A DNA stretch of 64,000 nucleotides from the human T2T-CHM13v2.0 reference genome, Homo sapiens: NCBI RefSeq assembly GCF_009914755.1, contig NC_060932.1; one strand, 5' to 3'. Every line of letters starts with the position of its first letter. Within the stretch, counting starts at the first letter, position 1. The translations under genes were made by a program, and so were the position numbers. This document shows, one piece after another, positions 27,819-45,224 of this stretch. The notes beneath the pieces are model-generated. The model was given only the letters and a program-made list of their open reading frames with translations. It did not search any database and was not told the origin of the DNA.

Positions 27819-30486
27819 GGAAATGGACACCTGAGTTTTAAACAAAATACTGATCAGCTCCTCACATTTTCTCTCTAACCATACTTCTACTTACAGTGGT
27901 TTAATCAAGTCACTCTAGGTTTTGCCCCTTAAAAAGTTTCAAATATCCCCTGATTTTATGAATCTTCTAGTTCCAAGTAAGTGAACTTCCTCATTACAAT
28001 TGCACATCAAAAACTCATCCCCCAAAATGTAAAAAAAGTTCCAAGCACTATGAAATCAAAATATGAGCCAACTGCTTCTTTTACAAGATATGCGCCTTAG
28101 TTTCTAAAATGCCAAATAAATCTATTTCTACGCCAATAAATTTGGCAGATTTTTTGCCTTTTAAATGCATTATTAATCCTCTTTTTTTTTCTGTCTAGCA
28201 AATCTTACCTTATAATGCACAAGGTTTGGCAGGGAAGCTTAATATTGGCATAAGACATCTAAAGGCCAGTTCATAACCTTTGCAAGATGAGATAATGTTG
28301 TAAAAACACTTTGTAAATTTCAAGAAGCCATGCAAATGCTAATTATTACCATAATTATTTTTACACACAAAGTCATTTTCAACCCACACTGATCTCCTGA
28401 GTCTTCTAATTTCTACAACACGCATTATTTTCACATATATCTTTAACAACTTAATTATACAAAGGATGATTATGAAAATAGTGAGATTGTGCTCATGAAT
28501 TATAACTAACATTAGTACCAATGCTTATTAATAACCCGTATGTCCTAAACTGTATTGTTCCCAAACTGTTAAAGCTCATGAATGTCCCCCATTGAGCATG
28601 TACTTCATGGTAGATATCCACGTCTTTGCCTTATCATTGGACTGGACACAGATTAGGAGAGAATGCATGCTAACTGCTGATGTAGACAGACCTCCGTGCC
28701 TGCACGGGCCAATTCCAAATGAAAATCCTCTATTAAAGATTTTCAGAAAATATGATTGCCTAATGCCTGGTTCCATTCTAAAACAATGTCCCCAGAGTTT
28801 GTGTGTGTTTCTCCTTCAAAGAGGTCTGGGCACCTTGAAGCGTGTTGAATCATGTCATCTGGACCTGTTTTGCAGAGGAATGGCATGAAGTACCCATGGC
28901 ATGGGTAGTGCCCTTCACCAGATGCTGTTTTAGGCCTGCGGAACTTTAGGATGAATAAGACCTCAACTCTGTCTTCGAGGAGGAAATATCACATCGACCA
29001 AAAGTGATTCCAAAATAATGTGATAAGTTTCAAGGTAGAAGCATGTTCCAATGTTACAGGAACACAAAGGAAAATGCAGCCTGGATTCCTAACTCCTCCT
29101 AGGCACTGATCTCACCTGAGTTTCCAGTCTAGATCTATGATAAAGTTAGGGACACACAGTCACTCCCAGCATGAATATCAACAGCTGATTGTCTGAGTCG
29201 TGCAAAGTGACTGACTATAATGGTAGGAAGCTTTTCTACACCTAAACACAGAAAGGAAGGGGAGCAGTAAAGGGAAATAAGCATTCATTAAGTCCCTATA
29301 ATGTATGATAAAGTCGTCTAGTGTTGTATATAGACTAGCAAGTCATCAGAGATCATGTATAGGTATTATTATCACTTTTTTAGAGATGAGGAAACTTGAA
29401 GCTTAGAAAGAAAAAATTCGAAAAGCTTACATAGTAAGTGGCAGATCCAGGATTCATACTCGGAGCCGTCTGCCTCAAAAACTCATTAGCTTCCTAATCA
29501 ACTTGGTTGGTCTTAAATTAATGACCATAGTAACGACAGTGACCCATTAGTGTTATCTAGGCTCAGTCGATACTAAGCTATGAGCTAATGCTCTTTAATC
29601 TTAGCCAAAATAAAATAACGAACAGGACCTAGGGTGTGGCAGAATCCTGAGTCTGCAGATAGATTTGAGGTGATCCCGACTATGGAAATTAAAGGCAATG
29701 AGCCAAGAGAACCAAGGTCTGGTTCAACACACACTGTTTAACAGTAGAGCACTCAGGTCTAATCACCAAAGTGTTATAAAACAACCCTCCTCCTCTTAGC
29801 AACACACTTTCTCTAGGACAATACTTAACAGTTCTTCAGTGAAGCTCATTTCAGTAGGTGTTAGAAACACCTGCCTATTCCTAGTGCAGGTTGCATTAGG
29901 TAGAATGACCCACAGACTTCACCTACTTAAGAGGACTTTATGTTTTGTTTGTCTTTTTCAAAGGAAACCTCATGGCATAAATGTAAATTTTCTTGGCAGA
30001 GTATTTCAGGAGGGGAAGTGCAGCTAAGCATTTTTGAGCAAGGCAAACTTTAATTATAGGTTTTACCATAGGCCAACGTAGAGCTGACAATTTGGCCTCT
30101 CATTTCTGACAACTCATTAAGTCCAAATTTCACTGTGAGGGTATTTCAACCCCTTATGGATAAATCTCAGCTACATTTTATGGGTATAGTGTAAAGACCA
30201 TTCTAATACACAACCAGTTTTAAATTATTCTTACATTTTGCTTTCTTTGTAGGCCACTAGAAATGATAGACACAGAAAAGGTGCTGCTTAGAATCTGCCA
30301 CTTAGACAATAATTTCTCAAGTTGTATTTCCACAAACTTCAAACTATCCCAGTTTTCTATGACTCTGAGAGGTGAGAATAGTTTGTGATAATTAGTGTTG
30401 TCTCAGCTTAGCAGGTAGAACAAGTGGAAATATGAGTTCATTGGTTTTTCAAGATCCCACTGGGAATCACAAGAAAAGTGAGAATA

Positions 30487-30798
30487 GGCTGGGTGCGGTG
30501 GCTCACACCTGTAATCCCAGCACTTTGGGAGGCCGAGGTGCATGGATCATGAGGTCGGGAGATCGAGACCATCCTGGCTAACACAGTGAAACCCCCGTCT
30601 CTACTAAAAATACAAAAAAAAAAAAAATTAGCCGGGCGTGGTGGCAGGTACCTATAGTCCCAGCTACTCAGGAGGCTGAGGCAGGAGAATGGCATGAACC
30701 CAGGAGGCGGAGTTTACAGTGAGCCGAGATCGCACCACTGCACTCCAGCCTGGGCAACGGAGAGAGACTCCATCTCAAAAAAAAAAAAAAAAAAAAAA
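30487..30798 (+). mobile_element. AluY-like
   Basis: Dimeric Alu; TSD-like agaaaa(g)tgagaata. Confidence 0.95.
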
Positions 30799-33779
30799 GA
30801 AAAATGAGAATAATGACATTATGCTTTGATAGGTTTGCAGTTTCTTATTTCTGTGATAAAGGGTTAGTTTCAGCCATTGGTGGAGGTGCTGTTTGACCAG
30901 GGAAGCTGTGTAAACTCTTCCAGATCCCTGGAGAACAGAGGTTCTAGTCTGTATCCTAAGCTAGAGATTCTGGTTTAAGTAAGTCCCTAATATTTTCCAT
31001 ATAAGAAAATCATCCTGCTTTGGTAATGTATTATTGATTTAATGTAATTTTGTCTGATTTATACATTTTATCTTACTGCAAACAAAATTTTTAATTTTAT
31101 AGTGTTTCTAGGTTCCATCTTCTCTGATTTAATGTTAGGGACCTCTTCTTTTCCAAGCCTGTGTAACATAAATCCACTTTGGTCTTATGGCCACTGTTGC
31201 TGATGAAAATCATTTAAGACTTCTTTGGACCAATGAGAACATTTAGGACTACCTAAAGTGCTGGAAGATCCTTTCAAAAGAATGTGAATAATGATGGGAA
31301 ATGAAAAGCTTATTAAGAGTTAATACCGTGTTTGGATCTGGGTCTTTGGCATAGAAAGAAAATGATTATAACCCCATTGGTTAAGTCCTATGAGTGATCC
31401 AGCCCCTGAAACGGGATGGCAGGCTTAGTGCATGGCAGTGCCTATCCCAGCATAATATATCTCCCTAAAATGCTGTAACTCCACAGAAGATCTTCTCCAC
31501 TGTGTAGGTATCCAATAGTCCATGACAAGGAGTATTCGTAGAATGAAGACTCTGTAACTCTGAAGGATGTCTAAATGGTTTCTGTTCATTGTGATAACTG
31601 GCATCTAGCGTGTATGTTATATGCCATGGAGGACTGTTTTTGTTTTGAAATGTTTAGTTAATATAATCATCTTTAGTGCATTTGCTCTGGCAACTGGCAA
31701 TTTTACTTGTTAATCTGCTTCTACATTTGGAACCCTAAGGATCCACTGAATTTGGGTGAGAATCTTCTTTGTGATAAACTCTATGAAATGTTCTTGACCA
31801 AAGGGTCAAATCAAGGTGGCTTGCACTATTAGGTGTATATTGATGTTTGATAGACCAAAAAACTACAATGATGATTTTCTTCAAATTGATTAGCTCTGAC
31901 CTGGGGACAAACAAAATTATTCTTGGAAGGCAGGGAGAAAATCTTGGAATCTATATCTGTATCTACGCATATAGTTCTTTAAATATTTCCATTTTTGTAT
32001 AATGTACAAAGCACATAAGTACCATGATTTATAGATATAATTTATACATAAATAAATATATACACTGGGGTTCTATGCTTAGAAAGCTTTACTGACAGGC
32101 CTGGTGATCAAGGTTCAGAGACTTGCTCTACAACTTCTGATATATACCAAAATCACACTATCTTTCAGAGTAAAATCAACTTGTTGGAGGGCATAGTGTT
32201 GAATATATCTATATGGGAAGAGGCTGCAATAAAACAAGAAGTGAATGTTAGGGAAGAGAGAAGGACTTCCTTTTCTTCTTGAGTCATGTAACATTATCTT
32301 ATTTCCTTTTGACTGCTGAATTTCAGTAACTATTTATGCTTTCTGAAGCTAAGATCTCTACCTGAGCTACAAAAAGTCACCTTGCCTGTGAAAAAGAAGA
32401 CTTAATTTCAATTCTGCGCCTTGCCAGACAGCTTTGTGATCTTGGGACAGCATTTTGTTTTCTCATTTGCTAATGAGGATATAGACTAGATCATTTATTC
32501 TGGTTGAGATTCGAGGGTGGGAGAAGTGGATATCAGAATTACATAGGGTGGGGACTCGTCCCTCCTGTTAGAGTGGACAGAAAAGTTTCAACAACTCTAC
32601 TGGGCTAGATGGTCTCATTCCACTTCAGAAAAATACCTCACCAGAATTCTAGCTATTAGTATATATAATTGGCCATTTTAATGCTTTCGTCAAGCTATTT
32701 TCAAGTTGCTTTGAACATCTCTCTCTGGAGCTGTTTGTTTGGGTTTAATCCTCTCGATCATTTCTTTTCCACTCTCTGCAGTTGACTATAGTTTTTGAGG
32801 TGAAAATATTTAGCAGAGAGGTAGGAAATAAAACATACTGGAAAAAGGAAAGAGGATGTAGAGATGCCCTCAGGAACTTTTTTCTATGTCATGATTTCAG
32901 GTTTTCTTTTATGTTGTAATTTCAAAAGGTTAAACATTTGCAATTTCTATAGAAAAATCAACAATAATGGTACACCAAAAATAATGTAAAAAATCTATAA
33001 CTTATATTACCTTAGCAAGAACAGAATATCTAATAGTAAAATAATTTTAGATACAGTTAAAACTTCAGGGGGAAATAATTTCCTTTATTTTGTTCTTCAT
33101 TTTATTTTATTCCTATTATATTTTAATTCTTTCTTTTATCCTTTCATTTTTCACCATGTAAAATTACAGTGTGTTAGTAAAGAAGCTCAGCATTACAGCA
33201 TAGAACCAGAGTTACAATTTCTCTGCTCACTCAGATTTAAAGTATATTATGATTACTTGAACTGCTTTAAAATTGTGGTTATTGCAATTCATACTAGCTG
33301 TTTTATGTGTCTTTTTGATGAGACTGAAATAAAAATACTAACCCCTTGCTGTTTCTAAATTAGAAGACTTCCTTCTGAGGAAAAACCCAAAAAACTCACA
33401 TATTGTTTTATGTTCATATACAGTCATTGCCACAAATGTCCATAAAGAATGACAGACATTGTTACTTTTGGATTATAACAATTATCAACCATCTCAAAAA
33501 ACATACCTACACTAATAATAAAATGAAAAGCAGTTTTAGATAATGGCTGCATAATATACTCAGGCATATACATTCAGTGATGATTTAAAAGTCAGACCAA
33601 ACAGGAACCCAAATATTTCTCTATGTTAACATAACTTGTTGATTATACTTTTTTGACCATAGTATTAATAAATGTTATATATGATGGTAGGACTCAAAAG
33701 ATTGCAGTGTCAACTAGCTTGAATGTTTCCGTAAAAAGCTATTTGCAGGTCGACTTCTGTGTACCAAGGGATCCTACTG

Positions 33780-33781
<2 letters not shown>

Positions 33782-33814
<33 letters not shown>
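33782..33814. repeat. (AC)16 microsatellite
   Basis: Direct read. Confidence 0.95.
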
Positions 33815-33818
<4 letters not shown>

Positions 33819-33992
33819 AGAAATCAACTTTTTTTTTCCAGAAAATATACGATACATTGTGAAGTACTGTAATCTCTGAGAGAAGGTTTTAAAAAAATAG
33901 ATAAGCGTGACCATTGTTCTGATACCAACTCTGCATATGGGCAATTTTGGGGCCACAGAATAGAGAGAGGAAAACCAAATATAACCTGGCAG

Positions 33993-34301
33993 TTCTTTTT
34001 CTTTTTCTTTCTTTCTTTTTTGAGACAAGATCTCACTCTGTTGCCCAGGCAGGAGTGTAGTGGTGCGATCTTGGCTCACTGCAACTTCTGCTCCTGAGCT
34101 CAAGCAATCCTCTCACTGCAGCCTCCTGAGTAGCCTGGACTACAGGCGCACACCACTATGCCTGGCTTATTTTTTAATGTTTTGTAGAGATCAGATATCC
34201 CTATATTGCCCAGGATGGCCTCAAACTCATGGGCTCAAACGATTCTCCCGCCTCTGCCTCCCAAAGTGTTGGGATTGCAGATATGAGCCACTCAGCGTGG
34301 C
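33993..34301 (-). mobile_element. AluJ
   Basis: Diverged dimeric Alu. Confidence 0.9.
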
Positions 34302-34309
34302 GTAGCAGT

Positions 34310-36430
<2,121 letters not shown>

Positions 36431-39400
36431 GGTACATGAGAGAATTTTTAGATGTGATGATGAAAAGCAAAGTGATAAACCGGGGAAATATTTGCACAAT
36501 AAATATGCAATACAGTGTTATTATCTGTAATAAATAAAGCACTTCTGTAAATCAAAGAGCAAAATAGAAACAATCCAATTGAAAAATCAATGGATTTATG
36601 AATAAGATTTCACAGAACATATAGAAGTGATAGAATTGGGTCAAAGAAGCTCAGTGTTCAAAATCTGATATCAGGAAAAATTCTCTAACCAAAGCAAACC
36701 ATCAGAATCCTCAATCTCTGAAAATTAGATGTATGACTTCACAGGGAGGTGGAGAGGAGGTGGTTTTTCTACCACCAGAGAAAAAAATTGCTGTTTAAGG
36801 AATGATCACTGGCTTGGAGAATATGTATATCGAAATGACATACCCAGTGTTGTGTTAAGTGGATTAAATTTTATTACAATAAATAGGTTTAAATGTCAAT
36901 GATAAAATGTATTTTAATGGTTTCATGAAAGGGTCACTTTATATTGAATCATTATTAGTATCAGTTCATTCATTATAAAAGTATAAAAACATGTCAACTC
37001 AATAATGATGTTTCTATTGTATCACATTATTATATGAGAATATGCTGTTTGTATGGATATATATTCCTTTTCAAGGCACAGAATGCAACCTGAAAAAATA
37101 CTTATTAAAGTGAACAGGCATTTTGCTAATATTAGCAGCAAAAGAATGTAAATTTTCACAGTCTCTCTGATAGCCAAAAACCTTTTCTTAACTATTTTGA
37201 AATAGGAAAAAAAATAGAAAAAAAAAAAAACACATGAAAAAAGTGAAACTCTTACTCTTTTGATTGGCATAAAAATGCTAAAGAAAGACAAGTGAGGAGA
37301 AGAAGGAAAAAAAGAAAGCCTTTGATAAAAGGAAAAATAGAATTGTAGGAGATGGAACCTCATGATGTGTTTGCATGACTTGAAACTGTACAGGAGATGA
37401 CAGTCTGCAAACTTCAAGGGAAAGAGGGGATCTGAGGTGAAGGTTGAGCACTCTAGAGACTGAAGCACAAATGCGGATGGTGAAAGGCCATGGAGATTTT
37501 TAGCAAATGCTTCTTTTGTACAGATTCTTTTGTGTGTATATGTGTTGGGAGACTCTCGTTAATAAATTTAAGAAATGTGGTGGGAATCAAAGAAACCTGA
37601 GGCCTTCATTGATTTCCTAATCTCTTCAACTAAACAGCTGGGAAACTCTGACTCTAACTTTCCCTCCCACTTCTTACTGGCTTGGGCTTTCTGGCCTCTG
37701 AAACTAATCAAAGTGTGGCCAATTCAATGTATGGCTCGTCAGGGTCTAGACAGATGGTCAGAGATGAGGACAGAAATGGAAAGTAAGCAATCAGAAAATT
37801 CTTAATTTTATGTTTGTTGAATCTAACGATAAAAAAATCTTTGGCTTCTATTTTGTTTTCTTTTCCAATTTTATTTTTCTAATACTTTATTTTCATTATA
37901 TTTTAAAACAGTACGGGTTAAAGAAATCAATCACCATAAATAGTTTGGAAAACCCTGCTCTGAAGTATAAGTATAAAGTATAAGAGTAGCTCTAGATGGA
38001 GAGAAAAGGCTACTGTTTTGTGAAGTTTTAAAATCAGCCTCTGAATTAAACCCTTGTTGGTATTTGTACATCTCTCATTATTTGTTATATACATGGAAAA
38101 GCAGCAGTAGTAAACATCGTTAACATTTCAATTGGAAATTGTAAAATAAACCTCCCAAGGGAACAGAGGTATTTTTGCCTTTGGAATTTTGTGCACATTG
38201 AGTGGTTCACATCTGGCACCAAGACTAGATCGCCGATGATGCAAGAATGTCGAAAAGTGAAATATTCAAAGATAAAGAAAGGATACATGGAGAAAGGAAA
38301 TAAAACAGGCAATTTTGCCAATTAAGTGTAAAATATAATTATTATAAGGTAGATTTTCCTTTTATCTAGCTTTTTTTTTTTAGGAAATAGAATTTCTTAG
38401 GAGAATATTTGCTCAGAAATCAGTTGGAAAATTGGAGATCTTTAGAAACAGCTATTTTCTTAGTTCTTTAAATTCATACGTTATCTTTATAAAGATTGTG
38501 TCACTTGTTATGTATTATCATGAGCAATGGTTGAATTATAATAAATCAGAGCTCAGTTTTTAGAAGTGTATCAGCAAAACCAAAAGCCTACTTCAAAATA
38601 TTTTGACTTTTTTTCTAACCTAGCCACTAAATCCCATGAAATGTATACTTATTAAAAGTTTGTTGTCAATAGTGATCACAGTTGTTATCTAAAGAGTTTC
38701 TGGTATTATAGTGTATCATTTAAAAATAATTGTTTTTGTTTTCCTTTAATACAGAACTAAGAATAAGGATGTCTAGATCTCTGCAGATGGGGCAATGTAA
38801 CGGATTAATAAGAATTAGTATTCCTTGTAAAAATTATAATCACTCTTTGAGGGCTGTTGGAGTCTGGACCCATACCATTTTTCCACTCTTCTCTCCTTCT
38901 AAACTCAAACTCTAGCCTCCAGCTGGCTGGGCTGCTCAATTGCATCACTGTGCCTCATGCATTTCCCAGTCTTCTAATTTTGCCAACAGTATTTTCCTTG
39001 CCTAGAAATGCCTCAGATCTTCCTTTCCAGTATTTCAATGCTTTCTTTCCCTCCTCAGCTAAATGTCCAGAAACTCTTGAGTATCTTACCACTTAGCTGT
39101 TACTGCTTATCTTGCTCAGCAGGCTATCAGCATCCTCAAAGGATGTGCCATCAAGGTCTAGAATAAGGAGATCCTGAGACAACTCAACAGGAGAGGCGGC
39201 CCCTATCAACGTCACTAGTTCCTGCCCCTTTCCCCCTTTATTGCTGGCCTGCAACTTTCTAGGGGAGGAAAGAAGAAGTAAGAAGTGGGTAGGGAAGAGA
39301 CTTGTGTGGGCTGACATTTGGGAGGACTTGCATCAACCCAGCTTAGGGATCATAGGTTCCACTTAGGGGAAGCTAAAGGTTGTGGACTTAACCAAAGTTT

Positions 39401-39689
39401 ATATCAGTTTTTATGTGGCAATTTATATATGGCCTTTTATATGGCAGTGATTTTTGCAGTGTTACTTGGGCCATTTTTAGGAATTACAAAATCGCATATT
39501 AGGTGCTCTGTGTGTGACACCATTCTCCACTTTCATTCTGTGACCAACTTCACTCCTGTGACCTGTTCCTTTTTCCTAAGGCATTCGGTGCTCATGCCAT
39601 CTGGCTTCCCAGGGCTACCACTCCACAGTGCTCTATAATTCCTTCACCCCCAAATACCCTCCATCTCATAGAGTTAGAATTCCTTTTAT

Positions 39690-40118
39690 TATTATTATTA
39701 TTATTTAGAGACATTGTTTTGTTCTGTCACCCAGGCTGGCATGCAGTGGTGTGATCATAGCTCCAACTCCTGAGTTCAAGCTATCTTCCTGCCTCAGCCT
39801 CCAGAGTAGCTAGGACTACAGGGGTGTGCCTTTGCACCTGGTTAAATTAATTTTTTTTTCGTAGAGTTGGAGTCTCTCTATTTTGCCCAGGCAGGTATAA
39901 AACTCATGGCCTCAAGTGATCCTCCTACCTCAGCCACCTGAGTAGCTGGGATTATAGACAGGTGTCACCATGCCCAGCTAATTGTTCAAATTTTTTTTTG
40001 TAGAGGCAAGCTCTCACTATGTTGCCCAGGCTGGCTTTGAACTCCTGGCCTCAAGCAATCCTCCTGCCTTGGCCTTCCAAATTGTTGGGATTACAGGCAT
40101 AAGCCACTGTGACCAGAC
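39690..40118 (-). mobile_element. Trimeric AluJ-age element
   Basis: Three tandem monomers within one TSD aattccttttat (39678-39689; 40122-40133). Confidence 0.85.
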
Positions 40119-40761
40119 AAAAATTCCTTTTATGTGGGTGCTTGGTAACACCTGCTAGGCTATTCCAAGATGTGAATAAAATTTAGCCCTGGGGAGGAGA
40201 AGGGGGTATACAACGCTAGAGAATTTTGTAAATAAAATAAGAACCTTGTTCCAATAAACATCTACTTATTGAATGTGAGTGGCGTGACACCCAGCTTCTC
40301 ATTGTACAGCCCCATTCTCTTTTTGTCTCCCTGCCATGTCTGCATATGGAATTATTTTAATTACCTTAAAAGGTTGTTGTCCTTGGGAGACAGGATAATG
40401 AGTAGGTTGGCTAATGGCAAATATGTGCAACCATATGACACTTAGGGTATCTTTTAGTATTTTGCTTGTTCAATACACTTTATATTTTTGTGTCTTTTCT
40501 TTTACCTTGACTCTAAGTTCTGTACAGGTAGTGTCTTCAATAGTTTTATGAGCTTAGTGCATTTTATGGCAATAATACATATTCAAAAATAGTTTTGGTT
40601 ATATTTATAATAAAATGTGACTTTTTGGTAGTCATCGAGTGCCATGATAATCTGTCTTAAGCCTTAAGATGTTGTTTTGCCGTACACACTTTGAAGTACC
40701 AAATGAAATGAAATGCATGTAGAGGAAGAATAATAGATGTGAAATTTCCACTGATATTAAC

Positions 40762-40930
40762 CAGTGGTCTTCAAACTTAGTGTTCATAACAAGTCCCTGG
40801 AGAGTATGTTAATATTTATGGTTACTAAGCCTAGGAGATTTTGGTTCAGCAGGCCTGGAGGCATCCAGGAATCTGAATTTTTGAACAAGTATTCTAGAAA
40901 ATTATGGGGCACACTTTAGCAAACAGTGCA
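40762..40930. mobile_element. MER5-like hAT-Charlie MITE
   Basis: cagtggtcttcaaactt ... ggaatctgaatttttgaacaag ... cacactttagcaaacagtg. Confidence 0.65.
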
Positions 40931-41403
40931 TTAAAGGATATGCCTTTTTTCTTAATTAAAAATGCCATTTCCCTTTCTTTCAATTTCTTAATTTTTGAAA
41001 AAAATTATTGAGTGTCCTTTATGTTCAAGAAATGCAAAGATAATTCACATGTGGTTTTTATTATATAGTAGGGGAAAAATGTCTTAATAATAATAATAAA
41101 GAGTATAAAAGGATGCCAGCCTTATAAGAAGTTCGGATAGAGTACTGGAGTGTTTGGGGGAAAAGTGCCAATTGCTGAATAGTGGATATCCTGGAAATCT
41201 TCAAAGACAAAGTAAATATGGACATCTGGAGATGATATAAAAGGAAATTTCAGGAAAAGGTAACAATATTAGCAGAAACACTGAGGAGGAAAGTGCGGGT
41301 TGTGGAGAATGTGAGCATTCCTGTGATGGCACTAGGGGGCAACTGGAATGAGATGCGTAGCTTGGTAGAGTGGCCAGAGCTGGAGACTGTGCAGACATAT
41401 CTT

Positions 41404-41721
<318 letters not shown>

Positions 41722-42110
41722 TGAGATTCCCAAGAGAAGGTGTAAAGACAGAGGAAAAGAAAACTGAAATATCAATGCCATGTAACTTACTTAAGGCTTA
41801 TAATAGAGAATTCAGTGAAATCATGTTTGGATAGTAAATATTTTTTGTTAATTATATATGATTTCAGTGAGTACTGTGATACTAATATGTAAATTTATTT
41901 CTGTCTGCTCCATGATATTAACTTCTATTATTTGAGATGAACAAAATAAAACTCTTGAATGGGAAGAGAAAGACCAATATCAGAGCTATTAAAATGAAAA
42001 TCAAACCCTGTCCACTTAAAGTATTTCTAAAATATAAATTCATAGAAGTGATCAGATATTTATATGCATTATGTCCATGTCACTTATATAGTATAGTAAG
42101 TACATACTAT

Positions 42111-42187
42111 AGTGACATGGACAGTAATAAATATAAATAAAGTAAATGTAAGTGACATAGACAGTAATAAATATAAATAAGGTAAAT
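42111..42187. repeat. 40-bp tandem duplication
   Basis: agtgacat(g/a)gacagtaataaatataaataa(a/g)gtaaat twice. Confidence 0.9.
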
Positions 42188-43363
42188 TCTAGAAAATCAC
42201 AAAAATATTATGTAGTATTCTCTTTCCCTAGAAACCAAACCAACCAAACCAGACCAAGCCTGAAACCCCTAAGGGTTAAATAATTTCACTAAAGAAAACA
42301 AAAGCAAGGTAAGCTGAAGTCATGGGAAATAATAGAGACAGAGCAAGAGGCTGAAAAGCTACCATAGACGAAGCAAAGGTTTTCCAGATGTGGAATTCTT
42401 TCTACACATTAGTGCTGTTATTTTGCCTCGCTCAGATTCTACCAGGAAACAGACAAACAAAAAATGCAATGTTTTCTTTTTTTTTTTTTCTATCTTCTGT
42501 CTGTAATCTAACGAAACTGACTTTGCTGAAATTTTACATTTTCTTTTCTTCAGGAAAATGTCTTGATATTTGTGATCTGCAGTTTTTTTGTTTTGTTTTG
42601 TTTTCTTTTTTTAAAAAGTTGGCTTCCATTATAAATGGGAATGCTGTTGGAATGCCTGAAGGAGTTTGTATGAGTGTTGGAGTATCTCCTTTTGGAAAGA
42701 CATTTTGAATGTGTCTCCACCCCACAGTCCTCTTGTCCACATCGTAGAAAGTCCAGGCCACTCCCTACATGTGGGGATGAGCGGTCACTGCTCTGTTTAT
42801 ATTCTATTGTCATGGACCATCTGGGAGAACGGCTCCTGATTAGCTGTGGAATGATGAGTACCATCTCAGAGTCAAGGTCACAAGTTAGACCCAGGTCACT
42901 CTTTTTTAAGGCCCCAAATTTTGGTGTTCGAAAATATTACAAAATAATGTTTTCTGGATATAATAAGCCAGCTCTCCACTTTCCTAAAGTCATAAAAGAA
43001 GAAGGCCTTAATGTCCCCCTTTGGGTAACCTGGCTGATCTTTGTTTTGTATAGATGGACGCTATTGTGTTCATCATTGCAGTTGGGGTGCAGCCATCAGA
43101 GGCCTTAGAAATAATACTTTAAAAAAAAACACAGACATGCTCCCCACGTCCTACGTACAAGTGTATTTTTTTAAATAGAAAAATGCTAAGTGATAGAATT
43201 CAAGTTAAGTCTAACAGAATTCTGACATTTTTTTCTCTTTAAGAGTCTTCATTTTTAAAAAATGCATCAATTGTGTCACTCATTTTTTTGTTTTTATATG
43301 CTTTTTTAAATAAATGTTTATTTAAACATGAGGGGATGTGAATATAGTCTATTGAAAATATCA

Positions 43364-43739
<376 letters not shown>

Positions 43740-43913
43740 TGAATTAATAGCCAAATGGCATGTTCAGGATAAATTAAATGGTTTTAAAAAGAGATAATTT
43801 ATTTAGTCAAGAGGAAAAAGAAAACCCATGAATCTTAAAGATGTAAGCTACGATGGCACTGATTTATAAGAGTGAGGCTGAAAGAGACGGGGTGGAAGAT
43901 GTTCTCTGGTGGA

Positions 43914-44403
43914 AGAAGGAGAAATTAAAAGTTCATCAAATATTGTGAAAAGTCCTGGACATGGATAGACCTGAGATTAGCTGAATGCCTGTATGAGTTG
44001 TTTCATCTGCCAAATAAACAGATTGATTCAAAACTATTTCTTGAGCACCTACTCTGTGCAAGATATCACATGGCATGCGGGGTGACAAAAAACGAAACGG
44101 GAGGTTTCTGCTTTCAAGGAGCTCTTAGCCTGATATAGCATAAAATTCAAGAACAGAAATACATCACAGAAAACATGAAATGCCATAATAAATATACCAA
44201 CAAAGTGCCACTTTCAGCTGCAGAGACCTGGGAAGACCACTTCAAATGTGGGAGGAAACATTTGAATCAGAACATATTAAAAGAGAAATTGTCATCTACG
44301 TGTGTTGCTTAAAATATAATTGAGAGGAAAAGAACTATGTTCTATTGGTTCTGGTAATACAGTAGATTTGTCTCACCTAATTAGCAATAGTAAAAATACC
44401 AAC
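43914..44403 (+). repeat. Copy 1 of a 490-bp direct duplication
   Basis: ~98.5% identical to 47011-47500. Confidence 0.97.
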
Positions 44404-44535
44404 GGAATTAGAAAATAATATAGTTCTGTAGCCAAAAAGGGTAATGTTGTGAAAAATTATAATTTTATCGAACACTCAGGATATACCTAGTTCTAGCAAG
44501 GTTTTGTGGAGTAGAACCAATACTGTACTATTAAT

Positions 44536-44743
44536 ATTATAGTGTCATACTGAATAGTTTCACTATGCGGAAAACCCCCTGTGCTCTGCCCATTCATTCC
44601 TCTGTCTCCGCAAACCACTGACCACCAATGATCTTTTGACTGTTTCCATAGTTTGGCTTCATCAGAATATCATACAGTTTGAACTATACTTTCTGGTTAG
44701 TTTTGCTGTGAACTTAAAATTGCTCTAAAACTGAAGCCTAATT
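44536..44743. mobile_element. L1MC1-like 3'UTR with internal inversion (44536-44683 antisense, 44684-44743 sense)
   Basis: Antisense part matches the recalled L1MC 3'UTR (aaactatgga.acagt.aaaagatca...gcagagcacag...gtgaaactatt); sense part matches the terminal ttttgctgtgaac.taaaa.tgctctaaaa. Confidence 0.72.
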
Positions 44744-45224
44744 ATTCATGAAATAAGCATCTTTTAGGTGCACCGTACTGTGCTACATCATGTTTTAAAA
44801 GATTGTTAAAAGCTGTTGGAAAGCATTGCTGAGATAAATGGAACGCTCAGAAGACAATGACAGTCCATCAATGATCAAGTACAAAAACGACCAGTTCAGA
44901 CTTGATGTGCTATAGTTATATCATTTCGGAAAGCATGAAATTAATGTGAGCAGGAGTTATCATAGAAGACTTCACCTTCACCGGGAAGCCAGGACACAAA
45001 TGAGTCATTGGGGGTTAGGGTAGATAATTTCTGGAAGGGAAACAGGAGGAGCAAAGGTCAAGTTATGCAGAAGCAACTTCAGGAGAAAAGTGAGGTTGTT
45101 ACCATGACTACAGAGGAAGGTGCGTGCTAGAAGAGGATGGAAAATTAGGGTGAAAAGGAAGGGTAAGGCCAGATTACGGAAAAAATTTATTCATCAGCCT
45201 GAGAAGTCTTGGCATTTAACCACT

